A stretch of DNA of 64,000 nucleotides from a virus. The position numbers and the translations under genes are program-made. Positions within the stretch are counted from its first letter, which is position 1. The number at the start of each line of letters is the position of its first letter. The stretch is from positions 94,283-158,282 of the IMG/VR virus record IMGVR_UViG_3300030117_007501. The stretch is one strand, 5' to 3'. Below are positions 1 to 8,738 of this stretch, piece by piece. The notes below the pieces were generated by a model that was given only the letters and a program-made list of their open reading frames with translations, had not been told where the DNA came from and ran no database searches.

Positions 1-15
1 AAAGGCTTATGAACG

Positions 16-390
16 ATGAAGGTTGAGGTATCAAACGGAGAACTGCTTGACAAACTCTCTATCTTGGAGGTAAAGAAGGAGAAAATAAAGAAAAAAGAAA
101 AGCTCCTACATGTCGAAAGAGAGCATGCCCACCTCAAGAGCCTGGCTGGTTCATTAGAGTTTTCTCTCGAAGACTCTTCCTATGTAAGACTTAGAGAAAT
201 AAATTATCAACTCTGGGACATTGAAGATGAGATAAGAAAGAAGGAAGAGGAAAATGACTTCGGAAAAAGATTCATAGAGTTGTCGCGTTCGATATACATT
301 CTAAATGACGAAAGGTTCAGAATGAAGAACGACATAAACAAGAGAACAAACTCCCTCTTTCAAGAGCAAAAGGATCATAAAAATACATGA
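16..390 (+). CDS. DUF6165-like protein (often found in glycan biosynthesis clusters)
   Basis: N-terminal VSNGELLDKLSILEVK and LWDIEDEIR...IELSRSIYILNDERF pattern resembles the DUF6165 family; overlaps the next gene. Confidence 0.7.
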   Translation: MKVEVSNGELLDKLSILEVKKEKIKKKEKLLHVEREHAHLKSLAGSLEFSLEDSSYVRLREINYQLWDIEDEIRKKEEENDFGKRFIELSRSIYILNDERFRMKNDINKRTNSLFQEQKDHKNT

Positions 391-1487
391 CAGAGTTTAT
401 ACCGCAAATCGAACCATGGATAGATGCGTCAGAACTCGATCAGTTTAAAAGAATTATAGAATCAACATATGTTGTGGAACATGCTCTAACGGAGGAGTTT
501 GAGCAAGAGATAATCAAACTGACTGGATCTAAGTATGCCATGGCAGTAACCAATGGCACTGCTGCACTATTTTGCTGTCTTAAGTCATTGGGCATCGGCA
601 CTGGTGATGAAGTTATAGTGCCGGATTTGACATTTGTGGCAACAAGCAATTCTGTAATAATGGCAGGCGCAATTCCTGTTTTTTGCGATGTAGATCCAGA
701 CACACTATGTATTGACGTTTCAGCAATAGAATCTTTAATAACCGAGAACACAAAAGCAATAATGCCAGTTCACTTGTATGGCAATTCAGCTGACATGGAA
801 AGCATAATGAGTTTGGCTCGACGACACAACATTAAGGTTATCGAAGACGCCGCACAAGGCGTCGGCGTGAAGAGGAAATCTAGACATGTTGGGACGATGG
901 GGGATTGCTCTATATTATCTTTTTACGGAAACAAAACTATCACTTGCGGTGAGGGTGGAATCATCTTGACAGATGATGAAGAGATATATAGAAAGTGCGG
1001 CATATTGAAGAATCACGGTAGACCGGAAAGAGGCACCTTCATTCATCATGAGATAGGGTATAATTTTGCTTTCACCGAAATGCAGGCAGCAGTGGGGTTA
1101 TCTCAACTTCAAAAGTTAGATAGAATAATATCGAAAAAGAAAAAGATAAGGGAAACCTACAAAGAGCATTTGGGTGGAATGTTTGAATTCATGAAAGTGG
1201 ACAACGATACTAACCCAGTGCATTGGTTTACTTCCATATATACCGATAGCAAGGAGGCTTTGGCGGCGCATCTTGCCGCAGCTAATATTGGAAGCAGGAG
1301 CTTTTTTTATCCACTACACTTGCAGCCGTGCTATATTAACAATCCAAGTTTGGTTAAAATGTCGGGGACATACGAGAACAGCACTAGCGCATATTCTAGG
1401 GGATTGTCACTCCCGTCTGCATATGGAATGACAGAGCAGCAGCAAATGAGAGTTATTAAGGAAGTGCGGAAATTTCATGAAAGTTAA
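387..1487 (+). CDS. per: DegT/DnrJ/EryC1/StrS PLP aminotransferase, GDP-perosamine synthase-like
   Basis: NGTAAL, GDEVIVP..TFVAT, PVHLYG, IEDAAQ and SFYGNKTITCGEGG with the Schiff-base Lys; adjacent to gmd. Confidence 0.8.
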   Translation: MTEFIPQIEPWIDASELDQFKRIIESTYVVEHALTEEFEQEIIKLTGSKYAMAVTNGTAALFCCLKSLGIGTGDEVIVPDLTFVATSNSVIMAGAIPVFCDVDPDTLCIDVSAIESLITENTKAIMPVHLYGNSADMESIMSLARRHNIKVIEDAAQGVGVKRKSRHVGTMGDCSILSFYGNKTITCGEGGIILTDDEEIYRKCGILKNHGRPERGTFIHHEIGYNFAFTEMQAAVGLSQLQKLDRIISKKKKIRETYKEHLGGMFEFMKVDNDTNPVHWFTSIYTDSKEALAAHLAAANIGSRSFFYPLHLQPCYINNPSLVKMSGTYENSTSAYSRGLSLPSAYGMTEQQQMRVIKEVRKFHES

Positions 1488-2637
1488 ATTAGCAGAAGAT
1501 ACAATAGACGAAGGCGATATTGATTACTTAATAGACTGGCTTAAGACTTATCCTAGATTAACAAAGGGTGAAGTCACAATTCAGTTTGAAAAGAAGTGGT
1601 CAGAATATCTGGGTGTAAAGCATTCTGTGTTTGTAAACTCAGGATCATCAGCGAACTTGTTGATGCTATATACTCTGGTGGAGAATGGCTCTTTATCTCC
1701 AGGAGACACGGTGGTAGTGCCGGCAGTGTCATGGTCGACAGATTTGGCTCCGGTATTTCAGCTAGGTTTAAACCCTGTTTTGTGTGATTGTAATATGGAA
1801 ACCCTCTCAGTTGATATCAATCACTTACAATACATATTTGATACAACTCGCCCTAAAGCTTTAATGTTGGTTTCCGTGCTGGGTATGGTGCCCGACATGT
1901 CTAGTTTGGTGAGATTGTGTGAAAAATATGACGTGCTTCTTTTGGAGGATTCGTGTGAGTCTCTGGGTTCAGAGTTTAAGGGAAAGAAGCTCGGCTCCTT
2001 TGGTGTCATGTCTTCCTTTTCTACGTATTTTGGACACCACATATCCACGATAGAGGGTGGCATGGTGTGTACAGATGACGACAATATGGCAAACCTACTT
2101 AAATCAATAAGGAGTCATGGTTGGGCTAGAGATATGGACACTAGTGTGGCGACAGACTTAGAAAGGGAATTCAAAGTAGACAAGTTCAGCTCTTGTTATA
2201 CATTTTATCATAGTGGATTCAACCTAAGATCCACTGACTTGCAGGCATACTTGGGGCTTAGGCAGTTGGATAAACTTCCAAGCTTGGTTTCTAAGAGGAA
2301 GGAAAATTATGATTTATATAACGAAAATATAAAAAATGAATTTTGGCAACCACCCAAAAGCAGTGAAGGGGTGTCTAGTTTTGCATTTCCAGTCATAACA
2401 AAACAGAGAGATAAAGTTGTGTCAAACCTAAAGCAAGAGGGGGTTGAGTGTCGCCCACTAATATGTGGTAGTCTCGGAAGACAGCCTGTGTGGATTAAGA
2501 AGCGTGGTGTCTTGGAGTTGAGAAATGCAGACATTGTTCATAAGCATGGAATGTATTTGCCAAACCATGGATCTATGGGGAAAGAAGAAGTGACGCAGAT
2601 TAGTAAATTGGTAAATTCTGGCATAAGAGGTTCTTGA
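1477..2637 (+). CDS. colD: DegT-family enzyme, GDP-4-keto-6-deoxy-D-mannose 3-dehydratase (ColD)-like
   Basis: VNSGSSANLL, LLEDSCES and STYFGHHISTIEGG, where His replaces the usual Lys as in ColD/E1 dehydratases; SHGW motif. Confidence 0.7.
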   Translation: MKVKLAEDTIDEGDIDYLIDWLKTYPRLTKGEVTIQFEKKWSEYLGVKHSVFVNSGSSANLLMLYTLVENGSLSPGDTVVVPAVSWSTDLAPVFQLGLNPVLCDCNMETLSVDINHLQYIFDTTRPKALMLVSVLGMVPDMSSLVRLCEKYDVLLLEDSCESLGSEFKGKKLGSFGVMSSFSTYFGHHISTIEGGMVCTDDDNMANLLKSIRSHGWARDMDTSVATDLEREFKVDKFSSCYTFYHSGFNLRSTDLQAYLGLRQLDKLPSLVSKRKENYDLYNENIKNEFWQPPKSSEGVSSFAFPVITKQRDKVVSNLKQEGVECRPLICGSLGRQPVWIKKRGVLELRNADIVHKHGMYLPNHGSMGKEEVTQISKLVNSGIRGS

Positions 2638-3552
2638 ATGAAGATTTTAATTACAGGTGGCACGGGCATGCTTGGTTCCGCTTTCGAGGGCGAGAATATC
2701 ATAAAAACCAATTCGCGTGAATTTGACTTAACAAATCTCACCGACGCGCTCAACATGTTGCGAAAATATCAACCAACCCATGTTATTCATCTTGCAGCAA
2801 AGGTTGGAGGATTGGGCGCAAATATGAAAAACAAGGCTGACTTTTATAGAGACAATATTCTAATAAATACGAACGTTCTAGAAGCCGCAAGAATCTACAA
2901 AGTAAAGAAGCTTCTCTCCCTGATGAGTACGTGTGTATATCCAGCAAATGCAGAGTTACCTCTCAAGGAAGGCTCTCTCCACGTCGGAGCGCCCCACTCT
3001 TCTAACTTTGGTTACGCATATGCCAAACGCGCGTTAGACGTCCAATCTCGAGCTTATAGGCAGCAATATGGTTGCAATTTTATAACAGCAATTCCAAACA
3101 ACTTGTTTGGAGAACGAGACAATTTTGATTTGGAAAATAGCCATGTAATTCCAGCTATTATAAGAAAAGTATATGAAGCTAAAAAAAACAATAAAAGTGT
3201 GTTATTATGGGGAGACGGTTCTCCGTTGAGGGAGTTTACGTATTCTAAGGATATGGCAAAAGCACTGATGTTTGTTTTAAAAAACTATAAAGACGCCACC
3301 CCGATAAACGTTGGCAACACCTACGAACACTCAATTAAGGAAATAGCCACTACAATATCAGATATAATGGACTTTAAAGGAGACATTATTTGGGATACAT
3401 CAAAACCAAAAGGGCAATACAGTAAGCCGTCCTCTGGAGAGAAATTAGAGCTGTTGGGGTATGACAGGAACTTGTTTACTCCAACCAAAAAGGCACTAGA
3501 AAAGACTTGTGATTGGTTCGTTGAGAATTATCCGAATGTGAGGGGAGTATGA
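2638..3552 (+). CDS. fcl: GDP-L-fucose synthase / GDP-L-colitose synthase (epimerase-reductase)
   Basis: TGGTGMLG Rossmann motif, [20 protein letters not shown] (YxxxK), [17 protein letters not shown]. Confidence 0.85.
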   Translation: MKILITGGTGMLGSAFEGENIIKTNSREFDLTNLTDALNMLRKYQPTHVIHLAAKVGGLGANMKNKADFYRDNILINTNVLEAARIYKVKKLLSLMSTCVYPANAELPLKEGSLHVGAPHSSNFGYAYAKRALDVQSRAYRQQYGCNFITAIPNNLFGERDNFDLENSHVIPAIIRKVYEAKKNNKSVLLWGDGSPLREFTYSKDMAKALMFVLKNYKDATPINVGNTYEHSIKEIATTISDIMDFKGDIIWDTSKPKGQYSKPSSGEKLELLGYDRNLFTPTKKALEKTCDWFVENYPNVRGV

Positions 3553-4532
3553 ATAAAGAAAGCAAATTAGCAATAATAACTGGAATCACCGGACAGGACG
3601 GAAGCTATCTGGCAGAACTTTTGTTGTCAAAAGGGTATAGAGTCATCGGACTGAAAAGAAGATCTTCATTAATAAATTCTGAAAGAGTCGATTCGGTATA
3701 CGGACATGCACGGTTTCACATGGCGTACTATGATTTGAACGATGCAGGAAGCATATGGAAAATCATAAACAAATTTAAGCCAGATGAATTTTATAATTTG
3801 GCAGCTCAGTCTCATGTTAGAGTTTCTTTCGACATTCCGGAACATACCGTCGATGGCATAGCGATGGGCACACTAAGAATAATGAATGCCTTGAGAGAGT
3901 TGAGTCCCAATTGCAAGTTTTATCAAGCATCTTCATCTGAGATGTATGGCGATGTAAAAGAGTACCCTCAAAATGAAAATACAAGGTTCTCACCAGCATC
4001 GCCATATGCTTGTGCAAAGTTGTTTGCACACAACTTAGTAAATAACTATAGGGAATCATATGGTATGCATGCTTCTTCGGGAATACTATTTAATCACGAG
4101 TCACCCCGGCGAGGAGAGACTTTTGTAACTAGAAAAATAACAATGGCTGCAGCTAGAATTAAGCTAGGCTTGCAAGATACTTTGTTTTTAGGAAATCTCG
4201 AAGCAAAGAGAGACTGGGGTTTCGCAGGGGATTACGTAAAAGCTATGTGGATGATGCTCCAGCAAGACAAGCCAGATGACTACGTTATTGCTACTGGAGA
4301 AACACACACTGTTAGAGAGTTTTTAGAAGAAGTGTTCGAATACGCTGAACTAGATTATAACAAACATGTGAAAATAGACGCCAGGTTTTTCCGCCCTCAT
4401 GAAGTTCCAATCTTGCTAGGTGATGCCAGCAAAGCAAAAGAAGCTTTAGGATGGAAACCGGAAATAACATTTAAAGAATTAGCAAAAATGATGTATGATG
4501 CTGATATGAGACAATTGATAGGAGGACATTAG
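3549..4532 (+). CDS. gmd: GDP-mannose 4,6-dehydratase
   Basis: [67 protein letters not shown]. Confidence 0.97.
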   Translation: MNKESKLAIITGITGQDGSYLAELLLSKGYRVIGLKRRSSLINSERVDSVYGHARFHMAYYDLNDAGSIWKIINKFKPDEFYNLAAQSHVRVSFDIPEHTVDGIAMGTLRIMNALRELSPNCKFYQASSSEMYGDVKEYPQNENTRFSPASPYACAKLFAHNLVNNYRESYGMHASSGILFNHESPRRGETFVTRKITMAAARIKLGLQDTLFLGNLEAKRDWGFAGDYVKAMWMMLQQDKPDDYVIATGETHTVREFLEEVFEYAELDYNKHVKIDARFFRPHEVPILLGDASKAKEALGWKPEITFKELAKMMYDADMRQLIGGH

Positions 4533-4733
4533 ATGAGATTATCTGATCAAGCAATGGGAGCACTAATGATGGCGCTCCAAAAGTGCCTTATGGAGCAAAG
4601 TGATATCACAGAGATTTTGAAAGAGTTCACATTTCAGGTGGATGATGAAGAAAAACTCGTAATCAACAACCCACCAATAGTAAAAGCACAGAAGACATTT
4701 GTAGAGAAGAATTTCACAGTTGGAAGTGATTGA
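4533..4733 (+). CDS. hypothetical protein (66 aa)
   Basis: GGAGG SD upstream; fills the gap between gmd and the next gene with a TGATG overlap. Confidence 0.65.
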   Translation: MRLSDQAMGALMMALQKCLMEQSDITEILKEFTFQVDDEEKLVINNPPIVKAQKTFVEKNFTVGSD

Positions 4734-4984
4734 TGCCTCGATACTGTTATAGGTGTAAAGAATGCAATATCGAACTTGTAATAACTCATCTAATGAGTGA
4801 GTCGAGGGAGGACTGCGCCGCTTGTGAGGGAAAAGGAACTCTTGTGAAGATACCATCTCTCACTGGAAAATTAGTTAAGAAAGATGCAAGTAAGGTTGGA
4901 GAAGTCGTGAAGCAGTATATAAAAGACGCAAAAGAAGAAATTAAGCAAGAAAAGAAAAACCTAAAAATTAGAGAGGCAGATTAA
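4733..4984 (+). CDS. FmdB-family zinc-ribbon protein
   Basis: MPRYCYRCKEC...CAAC..LVK signature; ATG overlaps the upstream TGA. Confidence 0.8.
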   Translation: MPRYCYRCKECNIELVITHLMSESREDCAACEGKGTLVKIPSLTGKLVKKDASKVGEVVKQYIKDAKEEIKQEKKNLKIREAD

Positions 4985-5292
4985 TGACAGCGACAATTAT
5001 TGCATTAGTGTCTGTAGGTATAAATATATTTCTTCTCTTCTATATAAGGTGGCTTCTTCGAAGCATGACATTTATATCAGAGAATATGGATGGATTGTGG
5101 GTTTTGATAGAACAATTCAGACAACACGTAGACATGCTGCATGAAACAGAGATGTTTTATGGAGACAGTAACCTTCAGGCGCTGATGGAACATTCAAAAA
5201 AAGTAACAGAAGAAATAGATTCATATAAGCTTTTACTTTTACCAGAAGAAGAAATTGAAACGGACGGAGAATATATAGAAGATGACAGCTGA
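4984..5292 (+). CDS. hypothetical protein with N-terminal transmembrane helix
   Basis: Hydrophobic IIALVSVGINIFLLFYI then an acidic helical tail; TAATG coupling. Confidence 0.65.
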   Translation: MTATIIALVSVGINIFLLFYIRWLLRSMTFISENMDGLWVLIEQFRQHVDMLHETEMFYGDSNLQALMEHSKKVTEEIDSYKLLLLPEEEIETDGEYIEDDS

Positions 5293-6016
5293 AGAGGGTA
5301 TAAAAAAGAAAGTCTTTAAGAGAAAAAGAGCAAAAAGAAAGAAAAATAATTATTTTACAAAAGTTCACGAAAACGCAATCATAGAGTATACGAATACCGA
5401 TTGTCTTAAAAGGAGAACGGAACTGTACGTCCAATTTATACAGCCCGCTCTTGATGAGATGGTTGATAAGATAATTTATACCTACAAATTCACAACACTT
5501 CCTAATATCGACACTCTCAAAGACGAGTGTAAAATATGGCTAACAACAATACTCGACAAGTATGATCCGAACAAAGGCTCGAAAGCGTTCTCTTATTTTT
5601 CAGTAGTTACAAAAAACTGGTTTATTCACAAGGTAAAAAAGAACTCGGCAAGAACAAAGAAAGAAATCTCGTATGAGGAGATGATAGAAACAGGAAGGCA
5701 CGAGATAAGACAAACAGTAGCTCCAGACGAGACTTATATGCATAGGAGACTTGAGTTTGAGTTTTGGAATCTGCTGTTGGGACAGATGGATAAGTGGAAT
5801 GTTGATAGTCTCAAACCAAATGAGAAGAAAGTCCTAGAGGCAGTCAAGATATTGTTGAACAATGTTGACGATATTGATATCTTCAATAAGAAGGCTGTGT
5901 ATTTGTATTTGAGGGAGATAACTGGGCTGAACACCAAGCAAGTTGTGAGCAACTTAAACAAGTTGAGAGAGAAATATAAACTTTTTAGACATAAGTGGAA
6001 CCGTGGGCAGCTTTAA
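5282..6016 (+). CDS. phage late-transcription sigma factor, T4 gp55-like
   Basis: KNNYFT..., LKDEC..., KYDPNKGSKAFSYFSVVTKNWFI resembles the sigma region 2 / gp55 FDP.K..NPFAYFT block; no obvious full sigma70 architecture. Confidence 0.7.
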   Translation: MTAEEGIKKKVFKRKRAKRKKNNYFTKVHENAIIEYTNTDCLKRRTELYVQFIQPALDEMVDKIIYTYKFTTLPNIDTLKDECKIWLTTILDKYDPNKGSKAFSYFSVVTKNWFIHKVKKNSARTKKEISYEEMIETGRHEIRQTVAPDETYMHRRLEFEFWNLLLGQMDKWNVDSLKPNEKKVLEAVKILLNNVDDIDIFNKKAVYLYLREITGLNTKQVVSNLNKLREKYKLFRHKWNRGQL

Positions 6017-6031
6017 AAATATAAGTTATTT

Positions 6032-6038
6032 CTATTTA
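6032..6038 (+). promoter_or_regulatory. candidate late promoter motif CTATTTA
   Basis: In the short AT-rich gap just before ATG 6043; same motif recurs before other structural genes. Confidence 0.5.
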
Positions 6039-6042
6039 CTGT

Positions 6043-6345
6043 ATGAGCAAATTAGACGACTACATAGAGAAAGCCACTTCAAACGTTACTGAAGATAGAG
6101 CAGCAACAAAAACACTTCTTGTGAATTTGCTAAAGTACATGCAAATATCTGACGATAGACACAAGGAAGTTGGCTTGATAGCTGCAAAGTATCTAGAAAC
6201 CCTGCAGAGATCAAATGAACAACTAGTAAAGCTAGCGAGCCTAGTTTCAAAGAAGGAGTCATCCATTCCCGGACTCACGGACGATGATAGGGAAGATTTG
6301 TTTGATATCATCAAAAACACAAACAAGAGTGGGGATACCGAATAA
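6043..6345 (+). CDS. hypothetical helical protein (possible small terminase-like)
   Basis: 100 aa amphipathic helices, TAATG-coupled to the next gene; function is a guess. Confidence 0.55.
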   Translation: MSKLDDYIEKATSNVTEDRAATKTLLVNLLKYMQISDDRHKEVGLIAAKYLETLQRSNEQLVKLASLVSKKESSIPGLTDDDREDLFDIIKNTNKSGDTE

Positions 6346-7556
6346 TGTCAGGAGCAATAGAAAGCGGAGCAAAAACCCCACGTCCTCTGGCACCGGGAAC
6401 AACGAACGCCACAACAAGAAAATCAGGAAAAACTAGAGCCCCAATAGGTACACGTCCAGGGCACTCTAGAATTGTGGACGCCCAAGTTGAAACTCAGAGA
6501 ATGGCAAAACGAGCTTATGAAAGCCGGACAGAGACAGCTCAGTACCCATGGGCACAAGTTTATTTCGCAAGACTGTTGAAGGTTGAAGAGGTGTCGACAA
6601 TATTGGGAAACAACCTTTATAAGAAATTATATAATCAAGTAATTCACTCATCAGCTCAAGACATACAGTTACTTGAGGTGGTGGGAGGTGTTGATTTCGA
6701 GCATGCTTGTTATAACGCACCAGAAAACATCTACGTCAACAGTGAAGACTGGCAACATGCCCAAGCTCAAGAGCGCTGTGCGGTAGGTAAATTTGCTAAA
6801 TTCTACGCGATAACGAACGATTCACAACTGCCAGTTGTGGGTAGCTCAATACAGATTGAGTGGACGGACTTCAGTCCGAAAGTAACAGGGATAATTCGTG
6901 ATTTTGCATCCGACACGGGCATGCCCGGTGGCCCAGCATCATCCCCTTCTCCGATGGGTTCATTTTCTGGGGGAACAGTTAGAAATCTCGGCGCCGCCCC
7001 GCTTGACAATACACCGCCAGTCAATGAGGCGATGCCTCTAACAGACAATTTTAAATTTAAAGACTTCCGATGTAAAGATGGTACCCCCGTGCCTGATAAA
7101 TACAAAGACAGAATTAAAGAATTGGCAACTCAATTGGAGATATTAAGAGCTGAACTGGATGGTAGAAAAATGGTTATAATATCAGCGTATAGAACAAAGA
7201 ACTACAATGACAAGCTTAGAATCAAAGACGGTAAAGAAGCCGGAGTATACACAAGTCAGCATATAAAATGCAGAGCAGCGGATATTGTCGTTCCCGGCCG
7301 AAGCCCTCAACAAGTGCATGCAAGATTATTATACCTCATAAAGCAGGGAAAAATAAAAGAAGGTGGTGTAGGAATTTATGATAAGTTTGTACACTACGAT
7401 ACAAGAGGGGTAAAAGCTCGCTGGGATGAGAGAACTACGAAACCGACAGGACATAAGTCGATTAAGGATGGAGGCAGAGCGCCCCTGCAATCGGAATCAC
7501 CAGAGGGCAAAGAAGATTCGGATACGTTTGAGCCTTTAAATAACTTGAACGATTAG
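6345..7556 (+). CDS. baseplate hub protein with C-terminal M15A zinc peptidase (virion-associated peptidoglycan hydrolase)
   Basis: LTDNFKFKDFRCKDG, SAYRT, SQH..CRAAD and GVGIYDKFVHYDTRG..ARW match Peptidase_M15_3; LPVVGSSIQIEWTD resembles the gp5/VgrG OB-fold motif. Confidence 0.8.
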   Translation: MSGAIESGAKTPRPLAPGTTNATTRKSGKTRAPIGTRPGHSRIVDAQVETQRMAKRAYESRTETAQYPWAQVYFARLLKVEEVSTILGNNLYKKLYNQVIHSSAQDIQLLEVVGGVDFEHACYNAPENIYVNSEDWQHAQAQERCAVGKFAKFYAITNDSQLPVVGSSIQIEWTDFSPKVTGIIRDFASDTGMPGGPASSPSPMGSFSGGTVRNLGAAPLDNTPPVNEAMPLTDNFKFKDFRCKDGTPVPDKYKDRIKELATQLEILRAELDGRKMVIISAYRTKNYNDKLRIKDGKEAGVYTSQHIKCRAADIVVPGRSPQQVHARLLYLIKQGKIKEGGVGIYDKFVHYDTRGVKARWDERTTKPTGHKSIKDGGRAPLQSESPEGKEDSDTFEPLNNLND

Positions 7557-7567
7557 AAGAGGTTGAT

Positions 7568-8737
7568 ATGGCTAAGAAAAAGACAGGACTAGCTCTTGGG
7601 GACAAGGATGGAATAGAAACCAAGGGTATATGTTATGATAAGAAGAAGGAAGAAGTTCCTCTCTATAACGCTAGGAAAGGCGACTATGTTATAACAGGCG
7701 AAACTGACAAGGGTGTCAACAACAACGCATGGATAGTTTTGGGCAGAGATAGATTAAACGATGCATGTTCAGGCTATGGTGGAATTGGGCACTCTAGTTC
7801 GGGTGCAATAGATATAGTCGTAGGCAGAATGACACCAGTCCCAATGAGTGTCATGGGCGAGGGAAGCAAAAAAGAAAAGGTTTTCGTCGACCCTATGTAC
7901 ACCCCCATAATAGCTTCAAGCTTAGCAGGAACTAAAAAGAAAAAGGATCCTGCCAGAAGCGGACAAGCAATTACTGTGGATGCCGGCTCTGCAGCTGTAG
8001 GGGGAGAAGATTACGAAGAGATTGGTGAAGTTGGTACACCACAGGAAGACTCAGAACATGTTCAGAGTTGTTCCGAAAAAGGTATATTTTTCGACGCCGC
8101 GCGTATTTATATAAGCCAGAAGGCTGACATAGATCATTATTTTGGATTAGTCGAAGCAGGAGCTATTCCTTCTCCCGGAAGAGGGGTGGCACCCAGATCT
8201 GCAATAGCTATGAAGGCTGATGGCGTTAGGATAATTGCGCGAGAAGGCATTAAGTTGGTTACGATGGGCAATCACGGCACACCAGGCGGCACAGGCACCT
8301 ACAATTCTAATGGAAAAAAGATAAATGCAGTGCAAGGAATTGCGCTTGTGGCAGGAAACGGCAAGGATCAGAACGGCTTGCCTGTCAAGCAGCACCCCAT
8401 TGTTCTAGGTACTGCTCTCTGTGCAGCATTGCATGAACTGGGATCAGAGTTGGCAAAATTGGCAGGTGTCGTCGCCAAACAGGGTGAGTTGAACAGTAAG
8501 ATGTACACTGCTTTGATGCATCACACTCACGGAGAAACAGCCCTCGGCGCAGTTACTCTCCTGTCTCCATCCGCAACTATGGGAGGCGCTCAGGCTATTA
8601 CTGAAAATATCACTTTTGTCCAGTCTTCAGTGATAGGTATGCAAGCGAATCTTTCGACATGGGCTACCTCGCAAACCGGTGGTGGAAAAGGGGGCCCGGG
8701 CGCCAAAATTTGCAGCAATTGGAATACGGTAAACTAA
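7568..8737 (+). CDS. baseplate central spike-like protein (gp5 C-terminal / gpV-like)
   Basis: Beta-rich AIAMKADGVRIIAREGIKLVT, then PIVLG..L and a C-terminal HHTH (HxH metal-binding spike apex); position upstream of gp25. Confidence 0.6.
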   Translation: MAKKKTGLALGDKDGIETKGICYDKKKEEVPLYNARKGDYVITGETDKGVNNNAWIVLGRDRLNDACSGYGGIGHSSSGAIDIVVGRMTPVPMSVMGEGSKKEKVFVDPMYTPIIASSLAGTKKKKDPARSGQAITVDAGSAAVGGEDYEEIGEVGTPQEDSEHVQSCSEKGIFFDAARIYISQKADIDHYFGLVEAGAIPSPGRGVAPRSAIAMKADGVRIIAREGIKLVTMGNHGTPGGTGTYNSNGKKINAVQGIALVAGNGKDQNGLPVKQHPIVLGTALCAALHELGSELAKLAGVVAKQGELNSKMYTALMHHTHGETALGAVTLLSPSATMGGAQAITENITFVQSSVIGMQANLSTWATSQTGGGKGGPGAKICSNWNTVN

Positions 8738-8738
8738 T

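Noticed and set aside
1-4532. Sugar cluster as a bacterial O-antigen locus flanking a prophage
   Set aside because: No att site, integrase or strand/packing break; genes are coupled continuously into phage-type ORFs
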